Source of the DNA: Candidatus Eiseniibacteriota bacterium
GTDB lineage: Bacteria > Eisenbacteria > RBG-16-71-46 > JACRLI01
Assembly: GCA_025351485.1 (NCBI GenBank)
Contig: JANXVU010000133.1
Span: forward strand, 5,066 to 69,065
DNA length: 64,000 nucleotides
Reading direction: 5' to 3'
Shown here: positions 9,219 to 18,306 of the stretch, one piece after another
Layout: the number at the start of each line of letters is the position of its first letter
Position numbering within the stretch: the stretch's first letter is position 1
Notes under the pieces: model-generated
Seen by the model: the letters and a program-made list of their open reading frames with translations, nothing else
Database searches by the model: none
What the model was told of the DNA's origin: nothing
Position numbers and translations under genes: made by a program

Positions 9219-10744
9219 GGCGCGCGCGCGCCGGCCGGCGCGGCGCTCCAGGCCCTCCACAGCATCCACCCCGCGAGAAGCGTCATGGCAGCCGGCAGGA
9301 CGAGGATGCGGCTCGAGGCCGCGCCCACGTACATCAGGTACAGGAACCAGAAATCGATCCCATGAAGCAGCCGCTCCTTGTCCGCGCCGGAAAGCGCGAT
9401 GCGCACGGCCCCGTTCTCCGGGGCGGCGTCGGCCGAGCCCATGGTGACGCGCGGCCACTCGCCCTTCAGGTGTTCAGCGAAGTTGCGCGAGAACATGCGC
9501 CAGTGCCCGGCCAGCGGCGAGAAGTTCGGCACCCAGTGGGTGTCCTCCAGGAAACGCGGATCCTCGAACGCCCGTTGATAGGGATATTCGCCCGCCTCGC
9601 GCAGGTAGCTCCCGAAGTGGATCGACACGCCTCCCCATTGCGCCAGCACCCCCAGGGTCAGCAGCGCCGCCGCCCACCGCCGCGCCCTTCCCGATTCCGC
9701 CAGCATCGTCGCGGCGGGGATCATGAGAATGGGAAGAAAGGGGACGAGGTACCGCGGTCCCCACGAGCCGTCGCCTCCCCAGGCGCGGAACCGCGCGTTC
9801 AGGAGGAGGCTCGGGACCACCACGCCCACCGCCAGCACGAACTCCGCGCGGTGGGCGCGGGCATAGCGCCCGGCCAGCGCGAACAGCAGCAGCAGCGGCG
9901 GCGCGAACAGGAACACGCCCTTCCCGGAACTGAAGAGCAGACCGTAGAGACCCACCAGCAGCGGCGTGCCGTAGGCCGAGGAAGTCTGCTCCACGCCGTA
10001 ACCCGACTGCATGAAGCTCCCGAACCGGGCGTGGTTGTAGAGCAGGATCCCGGCCGCGGCCGCCAGAAGCGGGGCGGCGGCGGCCGCAAATGCCGCGGGG
10101 CCGCCCTTTCGATCGCGCAGGAAGAAGAGGAAGTACACCGCGAATGCCACCACCGGCAACGCCATCGCCACCTTGATGAGCACGGCCAGGCCGCAAGCCG
10201 CGCCGGCCAGCGCAGCCGAGGAAACCGATCCGGTGCGGCGGAAGCGGACCACCGACGCGAATGCCGCCAGCAGGCACAGCATCAGCCAGGTCTCGGCGGT
10301 GTAGGTTTTGGAGTACACCCACACCGGGGTGGCCAGGCCCAGGAGCAGCGTCCCCAGCAGGGCGGTCCGCGGTGGAACTCCCTCGGCGCGCAGGAGGCCC
10401 AGGAACAGCAGGCATACCAGCGCCCCCACCAGCGGGGCCATGGATTGGATTGTAAACTTCTGCACCGCTTCGCGCTTCTTTTCCAGCGCGGGCACGGCAT
10501 CGACGACGCGCGAAGCTACGAAGTACGCGGGAAGTCCGAGCAGGGCCTGCCCGATCCCGGCCTTGGTGTACGCCTGCCCCCCCACGCCGGGCAGCGTGTT
10601 GCCGCCGGGCACATCCAGCGCCCCCCGCTCGGCGATGGAGCGGGTCAGCAGAAAGATGGTGTGGCCGTCGCTCGAGGCGATGGTGCCGCTCATGGTGACG
10701 GCATAGACCAGGGCGAAGAACGCGAACACCGCGGCCCGGCTCAT
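9215..10744 (-). CDS. Polytopic GT-C glycosyltransferase (ArnT/PMT-like, lipid-carrier dependent)
   Basis: Starts MSRAAVFAFFALVYAVTMSGTIASSDGHTIFLLTRSIAERG; about 509 aa with more than 10 hydrophobic helices. ATGA overlap at 10741-10744. The family call rests on overall architecture only, so it is less certain than YfhO or DUF2723. Confidence 0.6.
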   Translation of the reverse strand: MSRAAVFAFFALVYAVTMSGTIASSDGHTIFLLTRSIAERGALDVPGGNTLPGVGGQAYTKAGIGQALLGLPAYFVASRVVDAVPALEKKREAVQKFTIQSMAPLVGALVCLLFLGLLRAEGVPPRTALLGTLLLGLATPVWVYSKTYTAETWLMLCLLAAFASVVRFRRTGSVSSAALAGAACGLAVLIKVAMALPVVAFAVYFLFFLRDRKGGPAAFAAAAAPLLAAAAGILLYNHARFGSFMQSGYGVEQTSSAYGTPLLVGLYGLLFSSGKGVFLFAPPLLLLFALAGRYARAHRAEFVLAVGVVVPSLLLNARFRAWGGDGSWGPRYLVPFLPILMIPAATMLAESGRARRWAAALLTLGVLAQWGGVSIHFGSYLREAGEYPYQRAFEDPRFLEDTHWVPNFSPLAGHWRMFSRNFAEHLKGEWPRVTMGSADAAPENGAVRIALSGADKERLLHGIDFWFLYLMYVGAASSRILVLPAAMTLLAGWMLWRAWSAAPAGARAP

Positions 10745-11850
10745 CCTCGTATCAGCTCCTCGATCGCGCCGGTCAGCGCGTCCCACTGGAACGCCTTGCG
10801 GTATTCCAGGATGCGGGCGCGGAACGCCGCCCTCCCGCCGGCCGCGTAGAACTTGTCGATGGCCCCGGCCAGGGCGGCCGGGTTCTCGGGCTCCACCAGG
10901 AGGCCCGTGCCGCCCTCCTCCACCACCTCGGAAAGGCCCCCGACCGTGGTGGTGATGACCGGGCACTCCATCGCGTAAGCCAGCGGAATCACGCCGCTCT
11001 GCGTGGCGGAACGGTAAGGGAGCACCGCCGCGTCGCAGGCGCTGAAGTAGCGCCGCACTTCGGCCTCGCCCGCGAAGCGATCCAGGATCTTCACCCGCCC
11101 CTCGAGGCCCAGGGACTTCACCAGCGCGTCGTAGGGCGCGCGGTCCTCGTAGAACTCGCCGGCCACGCACAGGGTGACCGGCCTCTTTACCAGCGGCAGG
11201 GCGCGCAGGAGCACATCCAGGCCCTTGTAGGCTCGGATGAACCCGAAGAACAGGAGCATGTCCCCGGCAAGGCCGAGCTCGGAGCGGGCCTCCGCCCGGT
11301 CCATGGGCTCTCCGAACTGCGAATAGAGGGGGTGTTTCACCAGCCGGTGGGGCAGATGGGGCCGAAAGCGGAGCAGGTCCTGGCGGACCGATTCGGACAT
11401 CACCAAAGCGCCATCCACCTGGGCGAGCGCCATGCGCGTGAGCGCGCCGTCCAGGCCGCCGCGTTCGTGCGGGGTCACGTTGTCGCAGATGAACAGCACA
11501 CGGGCCCCCGTCTTGCGGACGCGGCGGTTGATGGCGCTGTAGCTCGGCGCGAAAAACGGCGTCCACCACTTGTAGATGACGGCATCCGGCTTCCACGCGG
11601 CGATCTTCTCGCCCGCGCCCCACCACGACAGCGGGTTGACGGAATCCAGCACCGGCTCGGAGGGCACGCGCAGCGCCGGCTCCTCCTGCTCTCGCTGGGT
11701 GCGTCCCGGAAAGAGAAGCCTGGGATACTGGCGGTAGAACGAGAAGAAGCGCACGTCGTGGCGCTTGCGCAGCTCCACGTAGAGCAGCGCCAGGTACTGG
11801 GCGATCCCGCCGCGCAGCGGGTACGCTGGACCAACCAGAGCGATCTTCAA
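10741..11850 (-). CDS. GT4 (group 1) glycosyltransferase
   Basis: (TTG)KIALVGPAYPLRGGIAQY.., FFGFIRAYKGLDVLL, and SATQSGVIPLAYAMECPVITTTVGGLSEVV (E-x7-E region). Confidence 0.85.
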   Translation of the reverse strand: MKIALVGPAYPLRGGIAQYLALLYVELRKRHDVRFFSFYRQYPRLLFPGRTQREQEEPALRVPSEPVLDSVNPLSWWGAGEKIAAWKPDAVIYKWWTPFFAPSYSAINRRVRKTGARVLFICDNVTPHERGGLDGALTRMALAQVDGALVMSESVRQDLLRFRPHLPHRLVKHPLYSQFGEPMDRAEARSELGLAGDMLLFFGFIRAYKGLDVLLRALPLVKRPVTLCVAGEFYEDRAPYDALVKSLGLEGRVKILDRFAGEAEVRRYFSACDAAVLPYRSATQSGVIPLAYAMECPVITTTVGGLSEVVEEGGTGLLVEPENPAALAGAIDKFYAAGGRAAFRARILEYRKAFQWDALTGAIEELIRG

Positions 11851-11872
11851 GATGATCCCGGCCCCTGGGGCT

Positions 11873-12889
11873 TCAGGCAGTCGCCCAGGTCTGGAGCCCC
11901 TGCGATTCGAAGCTGAATTCCACCACCTGCCCGCCCATCTTTTCGAGCTGGGCGGCGATCTTGTGCTTGCGGTCGAAACGGCAGAACAAGAGCAGATAGC
12001 CGCCGCCCCCGGCGCCCAGGATCTTGCCGCCCACGGCGCCCTTCTTGCGCGCCTCGGCGTACATGTTGTCGATCTCGGAGCTGGAGACCTGCGGGTCGAG
12101 CTTGCGCTTGTGCAGCCAGGCGTCGTGGAGCAGTCCCCCGAAGCGGTCGAGCTGCCCCAGGAGCAGGGCGCTCTTCATGTCGGCCGTCATGGCCTTGAGG
12201 TCGTGCAGGGCCGTCACCACTTTGCGCTCGCCCTTCATGAAGCTGCGGGTCTGGCGCTTGACGATGTTGCCGGAGTGGCGGCTGCGACCCGTGTAGCAGA
12301 GCAGCAGCCGGTATTGGAGCTCGTTCACCACTGCCGGGCGCACGCGCAGCGGGTTGACCACGGTGTGGTCGCCGTGGAACTCGATGTAGTTGAAGCCGCC
12401 GAAGGTGGCCGCGTACTGGTCCTGCCGCCCGCCTGCGATCTTCAGATCCTTGCGCTCGATGCGGTAGGCCAGTTCGGCGATCTCGTAGTCGGTCAGGGTC
12501 GACGACTGCCATTCCAGGAATGCGCCGATCAGGGCCACCACCAGGGTGCTGGAGGATCCCAGCCCCGATCCCGGAGGGGCGTCCGAATGCAGGAACAGGT
12601 CCAGGCCCGCGCCCTTGCTCATGCGCTTCACCACCTGCTTGACCAGGTCCAGGTTGCCGTCCAGTTGCATGGCGTCGGTGTGCATGTACTTGGCCACGAT
12701 GTCGTAGTCGAGCGAGGTGATGCCGATGGCCCGGTCCCGGCGCGGCTGGATGGAGGCGAAGGCGTACTTGTCGATGGTGGCCGACAGCACCACGCCCCCG
12801 TGCCTTTCCGGGTACGGGCTGACGTCGGTGCCGCCGCCGCAGAAACTGATGCGGAGCGGGGCGCGGCTTCGGAACGCGGGACGTTTCAA
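11873..12889 (-). CDS. GHMP-family sugar kinase (HddA / D-glycero-D-manno-heptose-7-P kinase-like)
   Basis: RAPLRISFCGGGTDVSPY, GHMP motif PPGSGLGSSSTLVVAL, and GGKILGAGGGGYLLLF. The TTG at 12889 overlaps the upstream stop (TTGA). The sugar specificity is not determinable from sequence. Confidence 0.8.
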   Translation of the reverse strand: MKRPAFRSRAPLRISFCGGGTDVSPYPERHGGVVLSATIDKYAFASIQPRRDRAIGITSLDYDIVAKYMHTDAMQLDGNLDLVKQVVKRMSKGAGLDLFLHSDAPPGSGLGSSSTLVVALIGAFLEWQSSTLTDYEIAELAYRIERKDLKIAGGRQDQYAATFGGFNYIEFHGDHTVVNPLRVRPAVVNELQYRLLLCYTGRSRHSGNIVKRQTRSFMKGERKVVTALHDLKAMTADMKSALLLGQLDRFGGLLHDAWLHKRKLDPQVSSSEIDNMYAEARKKGAVGGKILGAGGGGYLLLFCRFDRKHKIAAQLEKMGGQVVEFSFESQGLQTWATA

Positions 12890-13596
12890 GAGAGCCAACC
12901 TTCGCGCTGGGCACGCTCCCAATCCGCGGGCGTGCCGATGTCCAGGAACGGCGCCTCGGCCCGGAACGCGCGCACGTTGAGGCCGCGCGCGATCCAGCCG
13001 GGCAGGAGATCCATCTCGAGCGATCCGGGCGTGCCGGGGGGCAGCGCCTCGAACAGTTCCGAGCGCAGGGCGTACACCCCGGCGCTGATCCAGCCCGGGC
13101 CGGTGCGGGCCTTCTCGGCGAAACCGGTGATCCGGCCCGACTCGTCCATTTCCAGCGCGCCGCGCGAGGCCCCGTCCTGCTGGAAGACCGCGGTCAGGGT
13201 GGCATCGGCGCCGGTCGCCCGGTGGCGCGTTTCCAGGTCCCTCAGGCGGACCGGGCAAAGCGTGTCCCCGTTGACCAGGTAGAACTCGGCCGGCAACGCT
13301 TCAAGCGCCAGCCGGACGGCGCCGGCCGTGCCCAGTGGAGCGGGCTCGATCGAGCACTGCAGGGCCGGTCCCCTTCGCTCGGCGACTCGCCGGGCCGCGA
13401 AGGCTTCGATCTGTTCGGAGCCGTGGCCGCACAGCAGCACCGCGCGGACCACCCCTTCGCGCTCCAGCCAGTCCAGCAGCCGGTCCAGGAACGGCCCCCC
13501 CTGCACCGGGGCGAGCGGCTTGGGAACATCGGGGACGGCGGAACGCAGGCGCGTTCCGAGGCCCCCCACCAGGATCGCGGCGACTTCGATCTTCAA
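12886..13596 (-). CDS. Sugar-1-phosphate nucleotidyltransferase (HddC-like)
   Basis: (TTG)KIEVAAILVGGLGTRLRSAVPDVPKPLAPV.., LVNGDTL, ISAGVYAL; 236 aa. Confidence 0.85.
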   Translation of the reverse strand: MKIEVAAILVGGLGTRLRSAVPDVPKPLAPVQGGPFLDRLLDWLEREGVVRAVLLCGHGSEQIEAFAARRVAERRGPALQCSIEPAPLGTAGAVRLALEALPAEFYLVNGDTLCPVRLRDLETRHRATGADATLTAVFQQDGASRGALEMDESGRITGFAEKARTGPGWISAGVYALRSELFEALPPGTPGSLEMDLLPGWIARGLNVRAFRAEAPFLDIGTPADWERAQREGWLS

Positions 13597-13597
13597 C

Positions 13598-14536
13598 TCA
13601 ACCGATCCGCTCCCTGACCACGTACTCCTCGGAGGAGCGCTGCCGGGCCACCAGCTCTCCCAGGAGGCCCAGCGAGATAAACTGGAGGGCGGCGATCTCC
13701 ATGCCCACGCCGAAGAGCAGCAGCGGCCGCACGCGCACCGGGGCCCCCAGGAGCCACGGTCCCATGACCCAGGCCAGCATCGCGAATCCCGCGATCATGA
13801 AGCTTAGCGCGACCCGCCCGAACACGTGCATCGGGCTGCGCCGACTGGAAGTGACGAACAGCACCGTGAGCAGGTCCAGGAAGCCGTTGATGAATCGGGC
13901 GGCGCCAAACTTGCTGCGGCCGTGCTGGCGGGCGTGGTGCAGCACCGGCAGCTCCGTGACCCGGAACCCGTCGAAGTGGGCCAGCACCGGCAGATACCGG
14001 TGCAGCTCCCCGTAGACGTCGAGGCTCTGCGTGACCTCGCTGCGGTACGCTTTCAGCCCGCAGTTGAAATCGTGCAGCTTGATCCCGCTCATCAGGGACG
14101 TCACCGCGTTGAACATCTTGCTGGGCATGGTCTTGGTCCACGGATCGTTGCGGACGCGCTTCCAGCCGGATACCAGGTCCCAGCCCTCCTCGATCCTGGC
14201 CAGCATCCTGGGCACCTCGTTGGGCTCGTCCTGCAGGTCGCCGTCCATGGTCACCACCCGCTCGCCGCGGGCCTCCTGGAAGGCCAGCGCCAGCGCCGCC
14301 GACTTGCCGTAGTTGCGGCGGAACCGGATCGCCCGCACCCGCGGGTCCTCGGCATGCAGCCGGGAGAGCACCGCACCGGTGTCGTCGGTGCTGCCGTCGT
14401 CGATGAACAGCACCTCCCACGCATAGGGCTCGGCCTTGAGCGCTTCGCGGATGCGGCCCACCAGCTCCGGAAGGCTTTCGGCCTCGTTCAGCACCGGGAT
14501 GACGATGGAGAGGTGCGTGGCGGAGTCCACGATCAT
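13598..14536 (-). CDS. GT2 polyprenyl-phosphate glycosyltransferase (GtrB/ArnC-like, C-terminal TM helices)
   Basis: LSIVIPVLNEAESLPEL.., FIDDGSTDDTG, RNYGKSAALALAF, TMDGDLQDEP, followed by two C-terminal hydrophobic helices. ATGA overlap with the upstream stop. Confidence 0.9.
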   Translation of the reverse strand: MIVDSATHLSIVIPVLNEAESLPELVGRIREALKAEPYAWEVLFIDDGSTDDTGAVLSRLHAEDPRVRAIRFRRNYGKSAALALAFQEARGERVVTMDGDLQDEPNEVPRMLARIEEGWDLVSGWKRVRNDPWTKTMPSKMFNAVTSLMSGIKLHDFNCGLKAYRSEVTQSLDVYGELHRYLPVLAHFDGFRVTELPVLHHARQHGRSKFGAARFINGFLDLLTVLFVTSSRRSPMHVFGRVALSFMIAGFAMLAWVMGPWLLGAPVRVRPLLLFGVGMEIAALQFISLGLLGELVARQRSSEEYVVRERIG

Positions 14537-17253
14537 TGTCCCGGCAACGCCTGGGGCAGCCCCTGCGGCGCGCTCCCGATGCCGGGGCGGCCCAGGTGGC
14601 GCATCACGTCGTTGTAGAGCTGCCGGGCGCGCTGGTCCTCGGGGTGCGCGTCCAGGTAGGGCCGCATCACCTGGTCGGCTTGCTCGGCCTGGCCCATCTG
14701 CGCGAGCAGCGTGAACTCGCTGAAGATCACGCTGGTGTTCTCCGGATCGGCGCGGCGGGCCACCTCGAGGCGCTCGAAGGCGTCGCGGTAGCGCTGCTTG
14801 AGCGCGTACAGCACACCCAGCCGGTAGTTGATCTCCGGGTTGTCCGGGAAGCGCTTGATGCCGTCCTCGAAGGCCCGGATGGCGCCGGCGGTGTCCCCGA
14901 GCTCCTCGCGGAATACGCCCCGGGAGACGGCCACGCCCGCAAAGTCGGGCGAGATCCGCTCGGCGCGGTCCAGCTCGTCGAAGGCCTTCTTCATGTCGTT
15001 CTTCTCGCGGTACGCGAACGCCAGCCGGACGTGCGCGGCGGAGTAGTTGCCGGCCAGCCGGACCTGGTTGTCGTCCTTGTAGGGGATGGGCGTGAGATTG
15101 CCGTCCTTGTCGAGCAGGCCGCGGTACAGGTAGGTCTCGTAGACCGCCTTGCGGGTGGCTTCCAGGTTCACCAGCGGATGGTTGCCGGTGCTGTCCTCGA
15201 GGACACGAAACGCCAGCCCCTCAAGCGAGAGCCGCTTGTCCAGACCCATCTGCTCCGGCACGGTGACCGCGAGATAGATCGGCTTCTTCCAGTGGTTCTC
15301 GTCCACGATGTGGGCGACCATGATGTCCTTGACCAGTTTGACCGACTCGTCCTTGTCCCGGTACGGCTCCAGGCCGTCCACCTCGTGGTCCTGGAGGCGG
15401 ATGGGCACCTTGGGCTCGAGGTCGCGGAGCTGCTTGATGTACCAGTTGGTGTTGAGCAGCGAGAGGTTCACGATCCGCACGTCCTTGCGGATCCCCTCCA
15501 CCTCCTGCAGATACCACAGCGGAAAGGTGTCGTTGTCGCCGTTGGTGAAGATGATGGCATCGGGCGCCAGCGGCATCAGCATGTTGTAGGCATAGTCGCG
15601 CGCCACGTAGTTGCCGGTGTGGTCCTGCTCGAAGTAGAAGTGGGCGCACGCGGCGATGGGCAGCAGCAGCCCGAGGGCGCCCAGTGCCGGCACCAGCACC
15701 CGGCGGTTCGCGGTGAGCCTGGCCGCCTTGAGACCTTCGTGGATCAGTCCGATCACCCCGAGGCCGATCCAGACCGTGAACGCCTCGTAGCCCCACAGGA
15801 AGAAGTAGTCGCGCTCGCGCACCTGGGGGTCCTTGAAGTTCAGGTACAGGATCAGTCCCAGGCTGCCGATCAGGAAGCATGCCTCGACCAGCACGAACAG
15901 GTGCTGCTTCCACTTGATCCCCAGCAGCATGTCCACGATGTGCATCAGGAAGACCAGCGAGATGGCCAGGGCATGCTGGTTGCCGAACTGGTACAGCGCC
16001 ACCGCGAGGATCCACACGGCCAGGTGCATCACCACCCAGGTGTCGGCCTTGAACTGGCCCTTGATCAGCTGGTACAGCCGCCCGAACTCCCCGATCGCGA
16101 TGGGAATGCCCATGGCCAGGAACGCCAGCATGCCGGTCCAGGGCTTCACGCCGGGGAACGACTCCATCGGCGGCCCCAGCACGAACTCGCCCTTGAAGTA
16201 GCGGAAGAACATGTGGTCGAGCTGGTAGGTCCAGTCGGCGCTGCGCGCCAGGGGGCTCGCGGGCGCGTACTGCTTGCGGGTGAACTCATCCCAGAAGGCG
16301 CTCCAGGTGCTGGGCGCGGCCTCGTTGATCATGGGGTTGTGCTGCGCGCGGATCACCAGGTACACGTGCACGCTGATCCCGGCCAGGAACGCGCCCACGG
16401 TGAGCCACAGGAAGGGCCGCAGCTCCTTTTTCAGGATGAAGTGCAGGGCCACGCACAGGACCAGCAGCCCGATCACGGAATAGGCCAGCGCCTTGGCGTC
16501 CGGCTGGACGTTGAGGTTTTCCTCGATGTACGATGTCCACTTGAGCCACATGGCCAGGATGAACACGCCCGTGCCCATCCACCAGGACCGGCGCCAGTCC
16601 ACCACCAGCGCGAACAGGACCACTGCCGGCAGCACCAGGAATCCTCCAAGGTGCCAGCCGATCCCGACGCACATCATGTACCAGATGGTGAGCAGCCGCC
16701 GCTCGTTCATGTCCTCGCCCTGCCGCTCCCACCAGTTCACGGCGGTCCACAGCGAGAAGAACATGATGGCCGAGGCGCCCACGTGCACGTGGGCGATCTC
16801 GGTGGAAGTGTTCCAGAAACTGTGGCTGAACGCGGTGAACCAGGCAGCCGTCAGGCCGGCGATGTAGGACAGCCACAGCTTCATCTTCTGGTCTTCGTCC
16901 TCCTCGGTCGGGGCCGGGGCCGCCTTGGCCCGCACCACCGGGTCCATCTGGAGGTGCATCACGCACTTCTGGACCAGCAGGTAGGTGAACAGGATGGTGA
17001 TCATCCCGGTCACCACGGAAACGAAGTTCACCCGGAAGGCGTACGAGCCGAACGGAAGCAACCCGAACAGGTGCCCGGTCAGCACGAACAGCGGCGTGCC
17101 CGGGGGGTGCGGGATTCCCAGGATCTTGGAAACGGAGATGAACTCGCCCGCGTCCCAGAACGGCACCGTTTGGGCCATGGTCTTGAGATAGACGATGAGC
17201 GGCACCACGACGGCGAGCGCCGCCATCAGCCGGTTGGTCATCCTTGAGTTCAT
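14533..17253 (-). CDS. DUF2723 (TMEM260-like) GT-C membrane glycosyltransferase with C-terminal TPR repeats
   Basis: ATG at 17253 with AAGGAG upstream. The signature TVPFWDAGEFISVSKILGIPHPPGTPLF is present. About 11 or more TM helices; the C-terminal ~200 aa are TPR-like (AFAYREKNDMKKAFDELDRAERISPDF..AIRAFEDGIKRFPDNPEINYRLGVLYALKQRYRDAFERLEVARRADP). Confidence 0.88.
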   Translation of the reverse strand: MNSRMTNRLMAALAVVVPLIVYLKTMAQTVPFWDAGEFISVSKILGIPHPPGTPLFVLTGHLFGLLPFGSYAFRVNFVSVVTGMITILFTYLLVQKCVMHLQMDPVVRAKAAPAPTEEDEDQKMKLWLSYIAGLTAAWFTAFSHSFWNTSTEIAHVHVGASAIMFFSLWTAVNWWERQGEDMNERRLLTIWYMMCVGIGWHLGGFLVLPAVVLFALVVDWRRSWWMGTGVFILAMWLKWTSYIEENLNVQPDAKALAYSVIGLLVLCVALHFILKKELRPFLWLTVGAFLAGISVHVYLVIRAQHNPMINEAAPSTWSAFWDEFTRKQYAPASPLARSADWTYQLDHMFFRYFKGEFVLGPPMESFPGVKPWTGMLAFLAMGIPIAIGEFGRLYQLIKGQFKADTWVVMHLAVWILAVALYQFGNQHALAISLVFLMHIVDMLLGIKWKQHLFVLVEACFLIGSLGLILYLNFKDPQVRERDYFFLWGYEAFTVWIGLGVIGLIHEGLKAARLTANRRVLVPALGALGLLLPIAACAHFYFEQDHTGNYVARDYAYNMLMPLAPDAIIFTNGDNDTFPLWYLQEVEGIRKDVRIVNLSLLNTNWYIKQLRDLEPKVPIRLQDHEVDGLEPYRDKDESVKLVKDIMVAHIVDENHWKKPIYLAVTVPEQMGLDKRLSLEGLAFRVLEDSTGNHPLVNLEATRKAVYETYLYRGLLDKDGNLTPIPYKDDNQVRLAGNYSAAHVRLAFAYREKNDMKKAFDELDRAERISPDFAGVAVSRGVFREELGDTAGAIRAFEDGIKRFPDNPEINYRLGVLYALKQRYRDAFERLEVARRADPENTSVIFSEFTLLAQMGQAEQADQVMRPYLDAHPEDQRARQLYNDVMRHLGRPGIGSAPQGLPQALPGQ

Positions 17254-17271
17254 TCGGATCGGCTCCTTGTG

Positions 17272-17306
17272 AAAAACGACGTCCGGACGGGCATTCGCCC
17301 CTCCGG
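17272..17306 (-). terminator. Candidate internal hairpin + T5 tract between the UPF0104 and DUF2723 genes (attenuator / partial terminator)
   Basis: Minus strand reads CCGGAGGGGC-GAAT-GCCCGTCCGG ACGTCG TTTTT. The stem has one mismatch and the T tract is separated from it by 6 nt, so this is weak. Confidence 0.3.
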
Positions 17307-17322
17307 CTGGATCATGCGCGAA

Positions 17323-18306
17323 TCAGGACTGCGGGCGCTCCGCCGCCACCGCGCGCAGCGGCGCGCGCAGCACGAAGATCAGGCCGCCCAGCAGGCTGAC
17401 CATGACCGAAAGCACCCACGTCAGGAACTGGAAAGAAAACGCCTGGCCGCCCGAAAGCCCCACCGGGCGGAAAAGCACCACCGCCGCGCCCTCGCGAATG
17501 CCGATCCCGTTGAGCGAGATCGGCAGCATCACGATGGAAGCCAGGATCGGGACCAGCACGAAGATGGCGCTGGCCGGGACCGTCAGCCCCAGGGCCCGGG
17601 CCACGCACACGTGCACGGACACCCGGGTGACCTGGATCACGAGCCCGAAGACCAGGAGCTGGAAGAGCCGGCGCGATTGGCCCTGGTAGCCGTGCAACTC
17701 GTCCATGAAGCCCGCGATGCGCGCCTCCATGCCCTTCAGGCCCAGGGTCCGGAACGGCCACTCCATCAGGGCCAGCACGTCCCGGCGGAACACTGCAAGA
17801 TACAACAGCAGCGACACCGCGAAAAGGGCCACCACGATCAGCACCACCCGCGGGTCGGAAAGCTCCTTCCAGGCCAGCGCCGCGCCGGCAATCCCAAGGG
17901 TTGCCACCGCGAGCGCGCCCAGCAACCGGTCCATCACCGTGGCCGAAAAGACGGCCGCCGAGCGGTCGGTGTGTTCGCTGGCCGCGCTGATCCGCGCAAA
18001 ATCGCCCGCGATGTTGGCCGGCAGGAAGTTGTTGAAGAACAACCCCACGAAATAGTAGGCCGCCAGGCGCGGGAACGAAATGGCCACGCCCTGCATGCGC
18101 AGGAGCAGCCCCCACAGGTACGAGCCCATCAGGTTGCTCACGAAGAACACCGCCACGGCGGCCCCCAGCCAGCGCGGGTCGGCGTGCCGGGCCTCCAGCA
18201 GCGCCTCGTGCACATTGAACTTGCGCAACAGCCATACGAACAGCGCCGCGCTGAAGCCGATCTTCAGGGCCAGCAGCAGCCACTTGAGGAGCTTGCCCGG
18301 GGTCAC
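17323..18306 (-). CDS. UPF0104 / lysyl-PG-synthase-TM-region (MprF flippase-like) membrane protein
   Basis: (GTG)TPGKLLKWLLLALKIGFSAALFVWLL.., FFNNFLPANIAGDFARI, MLPISLNGIGIREGA. GTGA overlap at 18303-18306. Confidence 0.75.
   Translation of the reverse strand: MTPGKLLKWLLLALKIGFSAALFVWLLRKFNVHEALLEARHADPRWLGAAVAVFFVSNLMGSYLWGLLLRMQGVAISFPRLAAYYFVGLFFNNFLPANIAGDFARISAASEHTDRSAAVFSATVMDRLLGALAVATLGIAGAALAWKELSDPRVVLIVVALFAVSLLLYLAVFRRDVLALMEWPFRTLGLKGMEARIAGFMDELHGYQGQSRRLFQLLVFGLVIQVTRVSVHVCVARALGLTVPASAIFVLVPILASIVMLPISLNGIGIREGAAVVLFRPVGLSGGQAFSFQFLTWVLSVMVSLLGGLIFVLRAPLRAVAAERPQS

Noticed and set aside
10745-11626. N-terminal 294-codon extension of the ArnT-like ORF. Similar extensions exist at 18307-19221, 19410-20330, 43441-43677, 53930-54946 and 55576-56802.
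   Set aside because: The extensions overlap the upstream, well-supported genes in another frame. The real starts coincide with stop/start junctions, SD sequences or signal peptides.
14536-17247. 903-aa plus-strand ORF
   Set aside because: It is exactly antisense to the DUF2723 gene. The translation is Arg/His/Gly/Pro/Gln-rich low-complexity sequence with no motifs. This is the typical stop-poor shadow frame of GC-rich coding DNA.
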